Below are positions 1 through 12,812 of a stretch of DNA of 64,000 nucleotides, piece by piece (within the stretch, counting starts at the first letter, position 1; every line of letters starts with the position of its first letter). The position numbers and the translations under genes are program-made. The stretch lies in contig OZ218962.1 of the NCBI GenBank assembly GCA_965112735.1, positions 930,001-994,000 on the forward strand, read 5' to 3'. The DNA is from Phaeosaccion multiseriatum. Lineage: Eukaryota > Protista > Ochrophyta, other classes. The notes beneath the pieces were generated by a model. That model saw nothing but the letters and a program-made list of their open reading frames with translations, ran no database searches and was not told the origin of the DNA.

Positions 1-93
1 CTCCCTCCCTCCCTCCCTCTCTCTCTCTCTCCCTCTCTCCCTCCCTCCCTCCCCTCCGTCTCTACATACATATCCCGCTCTCTCCCTCCTTAC

Positions 94-2112
94 CCTCCTT
101 GGTCATGGGGCGGATGGTGGTGACGGGCTTGTCAGGAAGTTTGTACAGCTTAATCTGGCGGGCCATTGTCATCCTCGGGGGGAGGCGACTGAAGCCCACG
201 TCTATGAGCTTCTTAGGATTGATGGAGCGGTGGTAGTAGCGACATGAGGACACTGGCTTGGGTAGCACGACTCCGGCGGTGTAGACGGCCTGACGAGGAG
301 GAGGAGGAGGTGGGGGTGAGGAGGGGGTAGGGGGAGGAGGAGGAGGAGGAGGAGGAGGAGGAGGAGGAGGAGGAGGAGGAGGAGGAGGAGGGGGTGTGGG
401 TAAGATTGCTCGTTCTCGGTTCTTTCTGTTCTGACTGACTGACTGACTGACTGGCCGACTGACTGACCGACCGACTCACTGAATACCTGATTGATTCCAT
501 CACTGATCAACTACCTGGCTAACTCTCCCTGCCTCCCTGCCTCCCTCCCTCCCTCCCTCCCTACCTGCCAGACGCCCTGCCTGTTGACCCTTCTGGTGAT
601 CTCCTTGATGAGTACAGGGGCGAGGCGCTTGCTGCGCAGCCTCTTGTGCACGCACAAAAAGTTAATCTCCACCGTCTTGATTTCCGTGCCGTGGACCTTC
701 ATGCTGCGAGGTTGAGAGAGGGAGAGTGAGCACACAGGTGGAGAGAGGAGAGCCGACAGAGTGAGCGAGGGAGACCAAACATGGGGAAAGGCAAGGGGGT
801 GGAGAGAGGGGGAGAGAGGGGGAGAGCGTGAGAGTGTGTGAAAGAGAGAGAGAGAGAGACGGGAGAGCAAGAGGGAGAGAGGAGGAGAAGCAGATGATCT
901 AACAGCGCGTATCGTACACACACACACTCACATTGCCGGTATGCCCGTGATGAAGCCCATGAGCTTGCCGGTCTTGGAGCTGCGCACCCCGACGTGGAAG
1001 TCCTTGCGGAACCCGGGGGGGGTGAGGGCCCACAGAAGAAAGTCAGCGGAGTAGTCGAAGCGGAACATGTTGTCGTTGTCCTCCACGTAGTTCTCGGAGA
1101 GTAGCGTGTACACCTCCTGCAGTTGGAGTTGGAGTTTTGGCGATGATTGCGGTGTTTTAAAGTTTTAGGTGAGAGGGGGGGGGGGGGGCTCTCATGTCCG
1201 GGCTTTTGTTCGCTCTGGCTGCCTGACTGACTACCTGTCAGCCTGACTGATTGCCCGACAGCCTACCCACCTATCTGCCCGTGCATGCATCTGTCTGACT
1301 GACTGATATGGTATGGTACAAGACAAGCAATCAAACAAGGCCGCTCACCTGCATCTCCTCTTTGCTATTGACGTCCATGTCACTCCACTCAAAGCCACTG
1401 GGCATGTTGTAGGGTGTGTCTCTAATGTCCTCAATTGTCTTGGTGTCAATCTCTCCTGACGTTTCAGGGGTCTCGCCAAGCTGGGGCACTGGCTGCGTGT
1501 TCCAGAATCTGATGAATGGCGATGGGTGGAAGAACGAGAGAGGTTCCGTGAGATATTCAGAGCAAGACGAAGAGTTGGGTTCAGGAGACGACAAGGATGA
1601 GTAAGACCAAGGACGAGTGGAGACTAGTCAGAGATGCGTGGAGATTTGCGGAAGGGAAAGGAGGACAGAGAAGATGACAGACGGCCTTCCTTTCCCCTTC
1701 ACTCTCTCTTTACTCACTTGTGCTCCTTCTCGGGCTGCTTTTCCCTCCTCCTCTGCATTTCCCTCAGCTGCCCCCTCTGCATTTCCTTCAACTGCTCCTG
1801 TCGAAGAGGCTGTGCGATTTGGTCGCCTCCGTTGGACGCCGCCCCTCCGGCTGCTGCGGCTGCTGCGGCCGCTGCGGCCGCTTTGGCACCCCTCTTGCCC
1901 TTCTTCTTCCCTTTCTTCCTATACCCCCCCCCTACGCCCCCGGATGAAGGCGCTTGCGCTATTGTTCCGTTGCTCCCTGTTGCTGGCGCCTTCCCCTCCT
2001 CCTCCTCCTCCTCTCCCTCCCCACCCTCTTCCTCCTCCTCCACTACATCAGCCTCCTCCTTCTTCCCGTCTTCAATCCCCACCTCGGCAAGCTTCTCCAC
2101 GATCCCTGCCAT
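94..2112 (-). CDS. NMT: Glycylpeptide N-myristoyltransferase; 3' end lies left of the window
   Basis: Exons 2112-1718, 1508-1349, 1116-932, 703-565 and 289-94 are bounded by GT..AG and join in frame. They give [59 protein letters not shown] and [34 protein letters not shown], which are NMT signatures. Confidence 0.97.
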
Positions 2113-2797
2113 TGCTCTACTACTCTATGACTCTCCCGCTTTTTCGTGTTTGCAGACACGCGAGATCCACGCGATCGGTCCCAGCCGGATGAGGCCGGTC
2201 TGCCGGCATCCACTGCCATCCCTTCTCCGCGCCTCGCGACTGCTCTTCAACTTGGTTCTGTTGTTCTGCCATGTCTGGGCTGCTGAGGCGAGCTTCTGCT
2301 GCTGCGGGTGGTACGTGGCTGCGAAGGAGGCGAGGAGAGCCTCCATCGCATTCAGCTCTAATCGCCGCGGTGGCATCAGCGAGCGGTGGAGCGAGGGGAG
2401 GGCCCCACCGAAAGTACAGTGAGACAACAAGGCGGCGAGCAAGAGGAGCCAGCGCTGCCATCCGGAGCAGATATGGCGGTGGAGGAACAAAGTCATCGCA
2501 CCATGCAGGGAGGGGGAGCTTGTCATGGTCGTCTCGTGGGGGGGAAGGAGGAGCCTCTGCGCCGTTTAGTTCGCAAGCTGACTGCAGGTTGGGGAGAGCG
2601 TTGTGTTGAAGAAGTCTACCTTTTGAGGGGGATTGGGCCCTGACAAGCCGCTCGAAACGCCGTCACTTGTGTCTGTATACAGTGACCGCTTCTCTTTTCC
2701 TCTGTGCAGCCAGAATCTAGGCTCATCACGTCCGTTCCCCCTCCCTCCTTGTTGCCCTCTGCCTTTCCCTTGGCCTCTCTCCACCTCCGTCGCGGCG

Positions 2798-5700
2798 ATG
2801 ATACCACCATCCAGTGAGAGAGAGAGTATGGAGTACGACGTGGTCATCGTAGGTGCAGGCCCGGCGGGGCTGTCTGCCGCCATTCGACTGAAGCAGCTCG
2901 ATGCTGAGCTCAGTGTCTGTGTCGTGGAGAAGGGCGCCGAGGTGTGTTGCGTGGCGTTGTCCACATATAGGCCACAGCCAAACTGCCCGCAGCCCCCACC
3001 CACAGGACCTTACTCACTCTCGTGCCCACGCTCCTCCTCCTCATGTATTGTATTCCAACCCACGCACTCTGAGAGGTGTCACATTTGCACCTTTCTACAG
3101 AGACAATGCCATCTGCCACGCCAATCCTCCAGCCAAATCTTCCAACCACCCCCCACCCCCACTCCCCCTTCTTCGCTCATCTCTCTCTCTCTCTCTCTCT
3201 CTCTTCCTCTCTTCCTCTCTTGTCTGCCTGTCTCTCTCTCCCCCTCTCTCTGCCATGTACCGCGGCCGTACCGCTCCTTCTTTGTAGGTTGGGGCGCACA
3301 TCTTATCAGGCAACGTATTCGAGCCTCGGGCCTTGGACGAGCTGCTTCCCGATTGGCGAGAGCAGAGGGATGCGGCGGCTGCTGCTGGAGGGGAGGACGC
3401 AGCGGCGACCCATCCCGTTCGCACACGGGTCACAGAGGACCGATTCAGCGTTCTTACCTCTTCCACAGGGGAAGTGGGCTTACCCGGTATGCTGCTGCCC
3501 AAGGAGCTGCACAACGACGGCAATTATATTGTCAGTCTGTCACAGGTAAAAGAGAGCTGGGCCTGGTTGTTCTTGTAAGTATTCTGGTTCTGTTCTTTTG
3601 GTTGTTGTTGTTGCTGTTGTTGTTGTTCTTCGTAAGTTTGTTCGTTTGTTTGTGTACTTCTTGCTCGTTCCTCTTTTTGCGCGCTCTTGTCCTCTCCTCC
3701 TCCTCCTCCTCCTCCTCCTCCTTCCTCCTCCTACAACTACAACTACAACTACAACTACTGCTACCCACCATCTCACTTATTCTTCCTTCTGCCGTGTGGT
3801 GCCATCTTCTCTTTGTCCACCGCTCTCTGCCTCTACCCTCTGACCTCTGCCTCTAGCTGTGCCGCTGGCTCGGCGAGCAGGCGGAAGAGATGGGAGTGGA
3901 GATCTATCCGGGCTTCGCGGCCGCCGAGGTGCTCTACAGCTACAGCGATAGCGACACCAGCGGCAGCAGCGGCAAGAGGAAAGAAGGGGTGTTGGGAATC
4001 GCCACCCGCGACGTGGGTATCGCCAAGAGCGGGGAGAAGAAGGCGACGTTCGAGAGAGGGGTGGAGCTGCGGGGCAGGCAGACGCTCTTTGCAGAGGGGG
4101 CACGGGGATCGTGCTCAGAGGAAGTGATGGGCGTGTTTGACCTGAGGAAGGAGTGCGACGTGCAGCTCTACGGCCTCGGCATTAAAGAAGTGTGGCAGGT
4201 GAGGGAGGCGCAGCGGCAGGGGGTGGGTCAAGCGGTGGTGACTTGGGTCCTCTCACCAGGGGGGGGGCTTCGGGTGAGAGGGCTCAGGCAAGCACACCAC
4301 ACTCTCACAGCGCTTCTCACACCCTCTCTCTCTCTCTCTCTCTCTCTCATTTGTGTCCGTCTCTCTCTCTCTCCTTTCCTCCAACTTCGTCTACTAAGCC
4401 TTCTTTCTCTCTTCCCTCTCTCTCCCTCCCTCCCCCCCCCCCCCTCTCTCTTTTTCCCTCTCCCTCTCTCTCAACCCCCCCCCCACCCCCCCCACCCCTC
4501 CCTGCCTCTGTGCAGGTGCCGGACAGCGTGTCCAGGCCTGGTTATGTGCAGCACACGCTCGGATGGCCCCTCCAATCTCACCCTCTGGATAGGAATTTTG
4601 GGGGGTCGTTCCTGTACCACATGGACGGGGGACTAGTGCAGGTAGGAGGAGGAGGAGGAGGAGGAGGAGGAGGAGGAGGGAGGAGGAGGAGGAGGAGGAG
4701 GAGGAGGAGGAGGAGGAGGAGGCGGAGGAAGAGGAGGAGGAGGAGGAGGAGGAGGAGGAGGAGGAGGAGGAGGAGGAGGGAGAGGAGGAGAAGGAGGAGG
4801 AGGAGGAAGAAGGGGAGGAGGAGGAGGAGGAGGAGGAGGAGGAGGAGAAGGAGGAGGAGGAGGAGGAGAAAGAAGGGGAGGTGAAAGAGGATGAGGACGG
4901 GGGCGACGACTCACTCACTCACCTACTCATTCACTCACTCACCCCGCGCACACACCCCACCCATCCAAAACCTACCCACACCCAGGTGGGTTTTGTGGTG
5001 GGTCTCGGCTACGAGAACCCATACCTCAACCCGTACCAGGAGTTCCAGCAGTGGAAGCACCACCCATCCATCTCCGCCCACTTGAAGGGAGGCGAGTGTA
5101 TCTCCTACGGGGCGAGGGTGCTCAACGAGGGAGGGTACCACGCCCTACCCAAGGTCACTTTCCCCGGGGGGGCGCTACTGGGGTGTGCCGCGGGCACGCT
5201 CAACTCCGTCAAGATTAAAGGTGTGTGTGTGTGTGTGTGTGTGGGTGTGCGTGTGTGTGTATGCTTCTGTGTATGTGTACCTGTATACAAGTAGTGCCCA
5301 CGCCCCTCACCCCCCCCCCCCAACACACACACACATACGCACACTCACCTCCCTTGCCCTCTCATGGTCGTTGTCTTCGTACACGTACCATCATGTTCAT
5401 CATCTTGTCGCTGCCCCGCCCTCTCAGGCACCCACACGGCCGTGAAGAGCGGTATGTTGGCGGCAGAGGCCACTCACCACCTCCTCACTGTCGCTGAGGG
5501 GGAAGGCGAGCCGAGTGGGGCGACTGATGCGCCGAAGGAATCGGACTTTCAAGAGCGACTAGGTGTGTGTGCGTGTGTGCGTGTGTGTGTGTGCGTGTGT
5601 GCGTGTGTGCGTGCTGGGTACTACCTGTGAACCTCCTCCCACCCACCCCACTTCACATGGTTGATGCCTTGATTCTCTTTCACTAAACTTGCACCTTCGA

Positions 5701-7018
5701 AACAGACACTTCCTGGGTGGTGGACGAGCTGAAGAGCGTCCGCAATTGCCATGCCTCCTTCAAGGCAGGGGTGGTGCCCGGCCTGCTCTACACTGCCCTC
5801 TCGACCTTCCTCCTCAAGGGCAGGTAGGGAGAGAGGGAGGGAGGGAGGGAGGGAGGGAGGGAGGGAGGGAGGGAGGGAGGGAGGGAGGGAGGGAGGGAGG
5901 GAGGGAGGGAGTGGAGGGAGGGAAGGAAGGAGCGAGGGGATGGGTGGGTGGGTGGGTGGGTGGGTGAGTCTGTGTGTGTGTGTGTGTGAGTGAGTGCATG
6001 ACTGACTGACTGCCTGACTACCTGCCTGCCTGACTGACTGCCTGCCTGCCTGCCTGACTGACTGACCATCTCGCACACACTTGTCCCATGCTGTACGTTA
6101 CGTACGTTTTCTCCCTATTCCCCACCCCACCCCACCCCACCGCACCCCACCGTGATCCGCCACTCTCCCCACCCTTTATGCACACAGAGAGCCTTGGTCT
6201 ATTCGAGTCAAGACCTCAGACGCAGAGTCCACAAAGAAGGCAACTGAATGCTCCCCCATCGACTACCCCAAGCCGGACGGCAAGCTCTCCTTCGACCTCC
6301 TCAGCAACCTTGCCCGCAGCGGCACCAACCACGAGCACGATCAGCCCGCGCACCTCCGCATCAAGGTGCGTTCAGTTCGTTCATATTCGTTGCTTCACTT
6401 ATATATGTAGTAGTACGTCATTCTCTAAGGTTGATTCCTGTAAGTCAATAAAATTCCCTCCGCCCCTTTATCTCCAAATGCCCCATCAATGGGTTGGTGC
6501 TTGTTTTGCTTTGCTTTGCTTTGCTTTGTTAGGCTTCTTTCCTTCTTTACTCTACTTTACTTGGCTTAACTCGGCTTTGCTTGCCCCTTCTTCGCCCTGC
6601 TTGCCCCCCCCCCACCCCTCTCTCTAAATGTACGACTTTTATGTCTCTCTCTCTCGTTCTCTCTCTCTCTCTCTCTCTCCATGTGTGTGTGCGTGCATGT
6701 GTGCGTGTAAAGCCTTCTCTTCAGGACGTCCCTGAGCAGGAATCTCTGCAGGTGTACGCGGGTCCGGAGCAGCGATTTTGCCCCGCTGCGGTGTATGAGT
6801 ACGCTGCTTCAGCATCAGAGGAGGAGGGGGAGGGGGGAGGAGGAGGGGGCGAGGGAGACGACAAGAAGCACCAGCAGAGAGAGGAGCAAACACAGAGGCT
6901 GGTGATCAACGCCCAGAACTGCGTACACTGCAAATGCTGCTCCATCAAGATGCCCAGGGAGTACATTGATTGGACGGTGCCCGAGGGCGGCGGGGGACCA
7001 AGCTACACCCTTACGTAA
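2798..7018 (+). CDS. ETFDH: Electron transfer flavoprotein-ubiquinone oxidoreductase, multi-exon; true N-terminus may be upstream
   Basis: FAD motif [21 protein letters not shown]; [12 protein letters not shown]; LFAEGARGS; YGLGIKEVW; [13 protein letters not shown]; [10 protein letters not shown]; [14 protein letters not shown]; Fe-S region RFCPAAVYE...[15 protein letters not shown]...[10 protein letters not shown]. Stop at 7018. Confidence 0.96.
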
Positions 7019-7437
7019 TGGACCAACATAATGGTATGCTGGATGCAGTATGGACTTAACGTAATGTTTATGTTCGACCTTGAAACGTATAGGCCATGCA
7101 CGCACGCACGCACACACGCGCGCACGCACACACAGACAACCGGAAACCTGTTTGATATGTATTTCATTAGAATCCTTTTTTTTTTTTTTTATGCGCGTCC
7201 TCCTGCTGCACTTGCACAATACTTCAGGCGCCATCATGTACCATCCTTTTTGTCTGCCCCTGCTCATCGGCGTCCTGCACACATCATGCTGCTGCTCCTG
7301 CTCTATCACCAACTGCTGCTGTGTCACCAATGGCTGCTGTGTCACCAACTGCTGTCGCGGCTGCTGCATTCCACTGGGGCTGAAGCATGTCAGCAAACTA
7401 CCAACAAAGCAAGCCCAAGCCCATGCACATCTCTCCT

Positions 7438-9393
7438 CTACCCGAGGGATGGGAAATGCTCCTCGTAGGCAACATTCGGCACATGCTGCTGCTGCTGCTG
7501 TTGGTGGTGGTGGCTTTGCTGCTGGTACTGCTGGTGCTGCGGCTGTTGCTGCTGCTGCTGATACGAGTAGTGAGTGTACAGATTCTGCTGGTGCTGCTGG
7601 TGCTGCTGAACAGAGTGCTGTGGTTGATTGTAAGTCGTGTAGCCTTGATGCTGTTGCTGCTGCGCCTGTTGCGCCTGTTGCGGCGCCGCCCCGCCGTAGG
7701 ACGCATACCCGCCGCCGCCGCCGCCGCCGCCCCCCCCCATAGTGCTGTGGCCTTGATGCTGCATGGTGTAACCGTAAGATGCCCCTCCTGCCTGGCGCTG
7801 GCCTGGCTGTTGCTGCCCACTGTTGCGATACAATTCAACCAATGCGAAGGAGGAGGGAGAAGAGGATGACGATGATGATGATATGATGATGATGGTGGTG
7901 GCATAATGACATACAACAACAACACCACATTTCACACCCACTTACACACACCCACACACCCACACCCACAACATACATACACATATACCCACACCTTCAA
8001 ACAAACACACCCACACACACCGACCCACCGACACACACACTCCCTTCTTTCCCTCTCGGCCATCCACATGCCTTTCACTCTCACTCTCTCTCTCGACACT
8101 TCTCAATATACACCATATACATAATAATACATCCTTCACACTCCGAAGTACGAGGTTCAGTCTCAACTGACAAAACAACCCCCCCCCCTCCAAAACTCTT
8201 CCGATCAACCCCTACCCCAGCGCATCCCCCCCATCCCACTCGGTGCGCCATGGCATGCTCACTTCTGCGCCCCTCACCCCGCCTCACCTTCTCTGATAGT
8301 AGTCCATCGAGGACGCATCCATCATTGCCTGCTGCCCCACCCCTGCCGAGCCTGCGTACATACTCCGAGGCCCACCGCCAGAGCTGTCGTAGTAGCTCAC
8401 TCCTCCTCCTCCACCACCTCCTCCTCCTGCTGCCCCTTTCCCTCCACCCCCTCCTCCACCAGAGGCCATCTGCTGTTGCATATGGTGTGGCGATCCTGCT
8501 CGCATCATGTGCAGTTGCTGCTGCTGCTGCTGCTGCACCACCCATTGTGGACCACCGACTCCCATCCCCATACCACCCTGCCCCGACGGAGGCGGAGGTG
8601 GTGGGTTCATCATCATTTGACCTCCTTGCCCTTGCTGCACCATTGGACCTCCACCCCCTCCTACAGAAGCCGAGGCCATTCGATAGGGGCTAAAGTTGGG
8701 GGCGTAGAGGTCCGTGTTCCGTTGAAAGTCGGGGTCTAAAGCTTCTCTTTGTCGATCTCGCAGCTCCACCTTCTTCCCCTTCCACTTGCCAGCGTTTGGC
8801 ACCTGCTTCCCTCTGGAAGAGCCTCCTCCCCCACCCCCCCCTCCTCCTCCTCCTCCTCCTCCTCCTCCACCACCACCACCACCACTATTTCCACCCCCGT
8901 CTCCTCCTCGTCCTCCTCCGCCCTCTCCTTCGTGACCGTTGCCGTTGCCTCGATCCCCGGCTCCTGCTCTCAACCCACCGATCGTCTTCCCACGTTCACC
9001 AGTCCCTGGTCCTCCCTGAGACCCTGCTACTCCTTGCATGCCTGTGCTTCCCTCGTCACCACTCCTTCCTCCTCCCTCCACCCCTCCCCCTCCTCCTCCC
9101 GCTGACTTCCTGGCACTGACTGCCGGTGAAGGCGGCGGAATCCCATCTGCAGGCAGCTTCCCCCTTCCCCTGCCGAACCCCTTGCTTCCGTCTGGGCCCG
9201 CGGAAGACACCACCTTGCCTCTGGAGCTTGTCTTTCTCCCCTCCCCTGTCATAGTTGGGGAGTCTGAGCCCACCCCCCCCCCTCCCTCTGTGCTGCTGCT
9301 GCTACTGCCACCACCGCCACCGCTCTCGGAGCTAGGGCTAGCGGTTCCGAAGATGCGAGCCCTGGCCTCCGCGTACGCCTTGGGAGATAGACA

Positions 9394-9448
<55 letters not shown>

Positions 9449-9685
9449 ACACGATGAACGAGTCGAGTCGAATAAGGGTCACGAGGAGAGTGTGTTAGGA
9501 CCCAAGGCGAAGCGTAGAGGAGATGCAGGGGGGACGGGGAAGGCAAGGCTGAGGAACGACAAGAAGCATGGAGGGAAGTGGTAATTTCCTGATGGGTTGT
9601 CTGCAGAGGACACCAACCGCTCACACGACAGAACACAGGTTAAGCAGCACACACACTCACACACATACACGCACCCACACATTGA

Positions 9686-9716
<31 letters not shown>

Positions 9717-11357
9717 TCGTTCTCTCTCGGCCACGCTAGTCCCTCCTTGATTCCCCTTGGCATTGACGCCGCCCATCGAGTTCTGCTTCGGACCCTTGGG
9801 TTTTCTTTTCATGAGCATGATCTTCTTGCCACTTCCATCTCCTCCTCCTCCTCCTCCTCCTCCTCCTCCTCCTCCTCCGTTAGGCCCCATGCCGTTCCCA
9901 GCACCAAAGCCCCCCCCCCCCTCGCCACCACCCTCGCTGCCTCCAGCACCCGCTTGGCTGGGTAGGGTTATGTCAATGAGAAGCACCTTGGGACACCTGC
10001 TATTGACTGTCTTGATGAGGACGATGGGTCGGGGATAGCTGGGGTCCTGGTCTTGCTCTATGACCTGGTGGTCCAGTTGGAAGCGCTGTGCGATGCGGTG
10101 TGCGATGAGCCGACTGAGGAGGGAGGAGGAGGAGGGGCGGGAGGAGGAGGAGGAAGAGGGGAGAGGAGGAGGAGGAGCAGCAGAAAGAGGAGGAGCAGGA
10201 GCAGGAGCAGGAGGAGGAGCGGGAGGAGGAGGAGGGAGGAGGAATATGCCTTAGTCAGTTACATGGCTTACAGAATCATTTCACAGATACATTATCCACC
10301 CAAAGAACATTCAACCCCCACTCCAGACGGTTTCGAAAGGATGTAAAAAAGAGCGTGTATCTCCCTTCCTCCCTTCCCTTCCTTCCACTGCCGCCCAGGT
10401 GCGAGACTCGATCAATAAACTAACGGACCAACTTATTGACTTACTGATAGTTGTTGAGCGGCTCTAGCTGCAGCTCTCTCTCCCTTCCCTTCATGAAGCG
10501 AAGCACCTTGTCCTCCAGCTGCAGCACCTTGAGCCGCTCTCTGCTGTTCTCCAAGCCATCTGTGAGGGCGGGATCGATGGGGGCGTCCTTCTCGGCCGCA
10601 GCGTGTGCGGCGGCCACAGCGGGGGAGAGCACCATCCCGCCTCCTCCGCTCACCGACGCACTTATCCACGCCGCCGCAGAAACGGACATTGTGCCTCCGC
10701 CTGCCACTGTCACTGTTGCTGGTGCTGGTGTTGCTCCTCTTGAGACCGGCCCAGCTCCAGGAGCTCCTGCTGGTACCGCACCTGTTGGTAGTACTGTTGA
10801 TGCTGTTGCTGCTGCTCCTGGTGCTGCGGCTGCTGCTGCAGCGCTGCCTGCTGTCGCTGATGGGGATCCCGTTCCATTCTCAGGCACGGACGCTCCTGCA
10901 CCACTTCCCGCTGGACCGGCAGCGGAGCCGTTGGCATTGCCTTCGCCACCGCCGCCACCGCCTAATGCAGGGCTGCTGCTGGCCAGGCCACCCGGGCTAG
11001 TGCTGGGGCTGCCCGCCGATGCCGTAGGGGCCGTATTCGGGTCGTCCTGCTTGATGACAGCACAGTACGGTGACAAGAGGTTTGTGGCTGAGCATTCTGC
11101 GCGGCCTCCAAATGGAGTGTACAGTACCAGTCTATCAAAGGCACTGTAAACGTGCTGTACCAGTCTATCAAAACGTCTTCGTGCAATCCAATCACTCAAT
11201 CAAAAAAATCAAGGTTGAGATGAATCGACAAAACGCGGAGGACTGACTCAATTCAACACAAAAAGCAAGACAGGCCCCTCTGCCAGCACGCAGCGCTCTC
11301 CTTCAGACTCACCATCGACAGCTTGGATACAGCCGATTCCCATTCCTCTTCCGCCAT
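7438..11357 (-). CDS. R3H/SUZ-domain RNA-binding protein (R3HDM/encore-like)
   Basis: Exons ~11357-11313, 11046-10445, 10113-9717, ~9379-8287 and ~7900-7438. Spliced RERLKVLQLEDKVLRF...LNNYHRLIAHRIAQRFQL contains the RxxxH motif; SUZ-type AERE...YAEARARIFG; Q/G-rich tail ending EEHFPSLG. Confidence 0.85.
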
Positions 11358-12304
11358 AGGTGCCCTACTAAATACCTCCGCGGTGATCTGCCTTGCTGCT
11401 TCTCTGTTGCTACTGTCCCCAAGGATCACTTAGGCCACCAGGAATCTCTCCGGGGCTACTCCCTTGTTACCATAGCTATTTGCCATCTCATCCCCGATAT
11501 ACACGCAGCCTTTCCCCCACCCCTCCCCCCGCCTCCCTCCTTGTCCCTGTGGAGATATTATCCCTCCTTCAAGATCCTGAAAGCCGGCAAGAAAAGCAGT
11601 CAATACCACTGCGCTCCTCCCGACCCCGGATCCAAGCAGAGAGCGTCACAGCCAACGGAAGGCCCAGAGAGCTGGCACGACGGGGAAGAGGATCTGGGAT
11701 GACCTCCGAAAGTTTCTCTCTCCAGTTCTTCCGTCCCCTCTGCCCCACTTCCGCTCTTTGCCCCCCCCCTTCCTGCCCTCAGTCTATCGCCGCGTGGTTC
11801 GGCCTCCTGCTCCTTCCTCTTCCTCCTCTCCCTCTACGCCGGAACACAAAATGACATGACCGTCAAAGAGCGGCCCCCCCCACAAGGCCCAGCCCCCTCG
11901 GGATCGCTGACTTAGGAGCCGCCCACGTTTACTTTTACCCCTTTTTTTTTGTCGTTGTTCCCCTGTCGAAGTAGTAGTAGCAAGGCATAACAAAGCACAT
12001 CCTCCGCCGTTCCACTTTTAATGCTTTGTCTTCTTGCTTGTTACAAAACGCAGCGCAGGCCCCCGACCCACACTGTATAGCAGCAAGCAGGCCTACCGCC
12101 TTCCCTCCCTCCTTCCTTCTTCCTCCCTGCCTACTCACCTATCTACCCCCTACCTACCTACCTACCTACCCACCTACCTACAGGCTCCAGTTTGGAGGTG
12201 GGGCTGCCCAAAGTCCTCCATGCTGTAAGCATAGACGAACCAACTACAGGATCTACACCGACACCCCTCTCCTCTCCTTCCTTCTCCCTCTTCTCTTACA
12301 CTCA

Positions 12305-12478
12305 ATACGCTATCGCCCACATTCTCGATAGCGCGCTATCGGCCGCCGGCCGATAGCGGTAGCGGATAGCACGCCGGCTGGCGCCGGCGACAGCGGATGG
12401 CACGCCAACAACCCCCCCCCCCCCCAAAGCCGGCTGGCGCCGGCGATAGCGGATAGCGGATAGTGTGTCAGGGGTTGA
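12305..12478. mobile_element. Degenerate copy of the 164-bp MITE at 15336; left TIR eroded
   Basis: Near-colinear with 15346-15499 (ctatcgc-cacattctcgatagcgcgctatcgg...caacaacCn aaagccggctggcgccggcgatagcggatagcggatagtgt[g/a]tcaggggt[t/c]ga). Lies just 3' of the menB stop. Confidence 0.75.
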
Positions 12479-12503
12479 TTACACCCACAACCCTCCTACT
12501 GCA

Positions 12504-12765
12504 CTACAGCTTGGAAGTGGGGATGTTTCTAAAGCCCGGTGGACGCTTGTTCAGGAACGCGTCCCTGCCCTCCTTTCCCTCCTGCGACAAGTAGAATAGG
12601 CGCGTAGCGTTCCCCGCGAGCTGCTGAATGCCCGCCTGCCCATCCTCGTCGGAGTTGAGGGCGGCCTTGAGACAAGCGATGGCGGTGGGACTGTTCTGCA
12701 TGATGCGGCGGCACCACTTGAGGGTCTCCCGCTCGAGGTACTCCAGAGGCACCACCTGACACACA

Positions 12766-12812
<47 letters not shown>
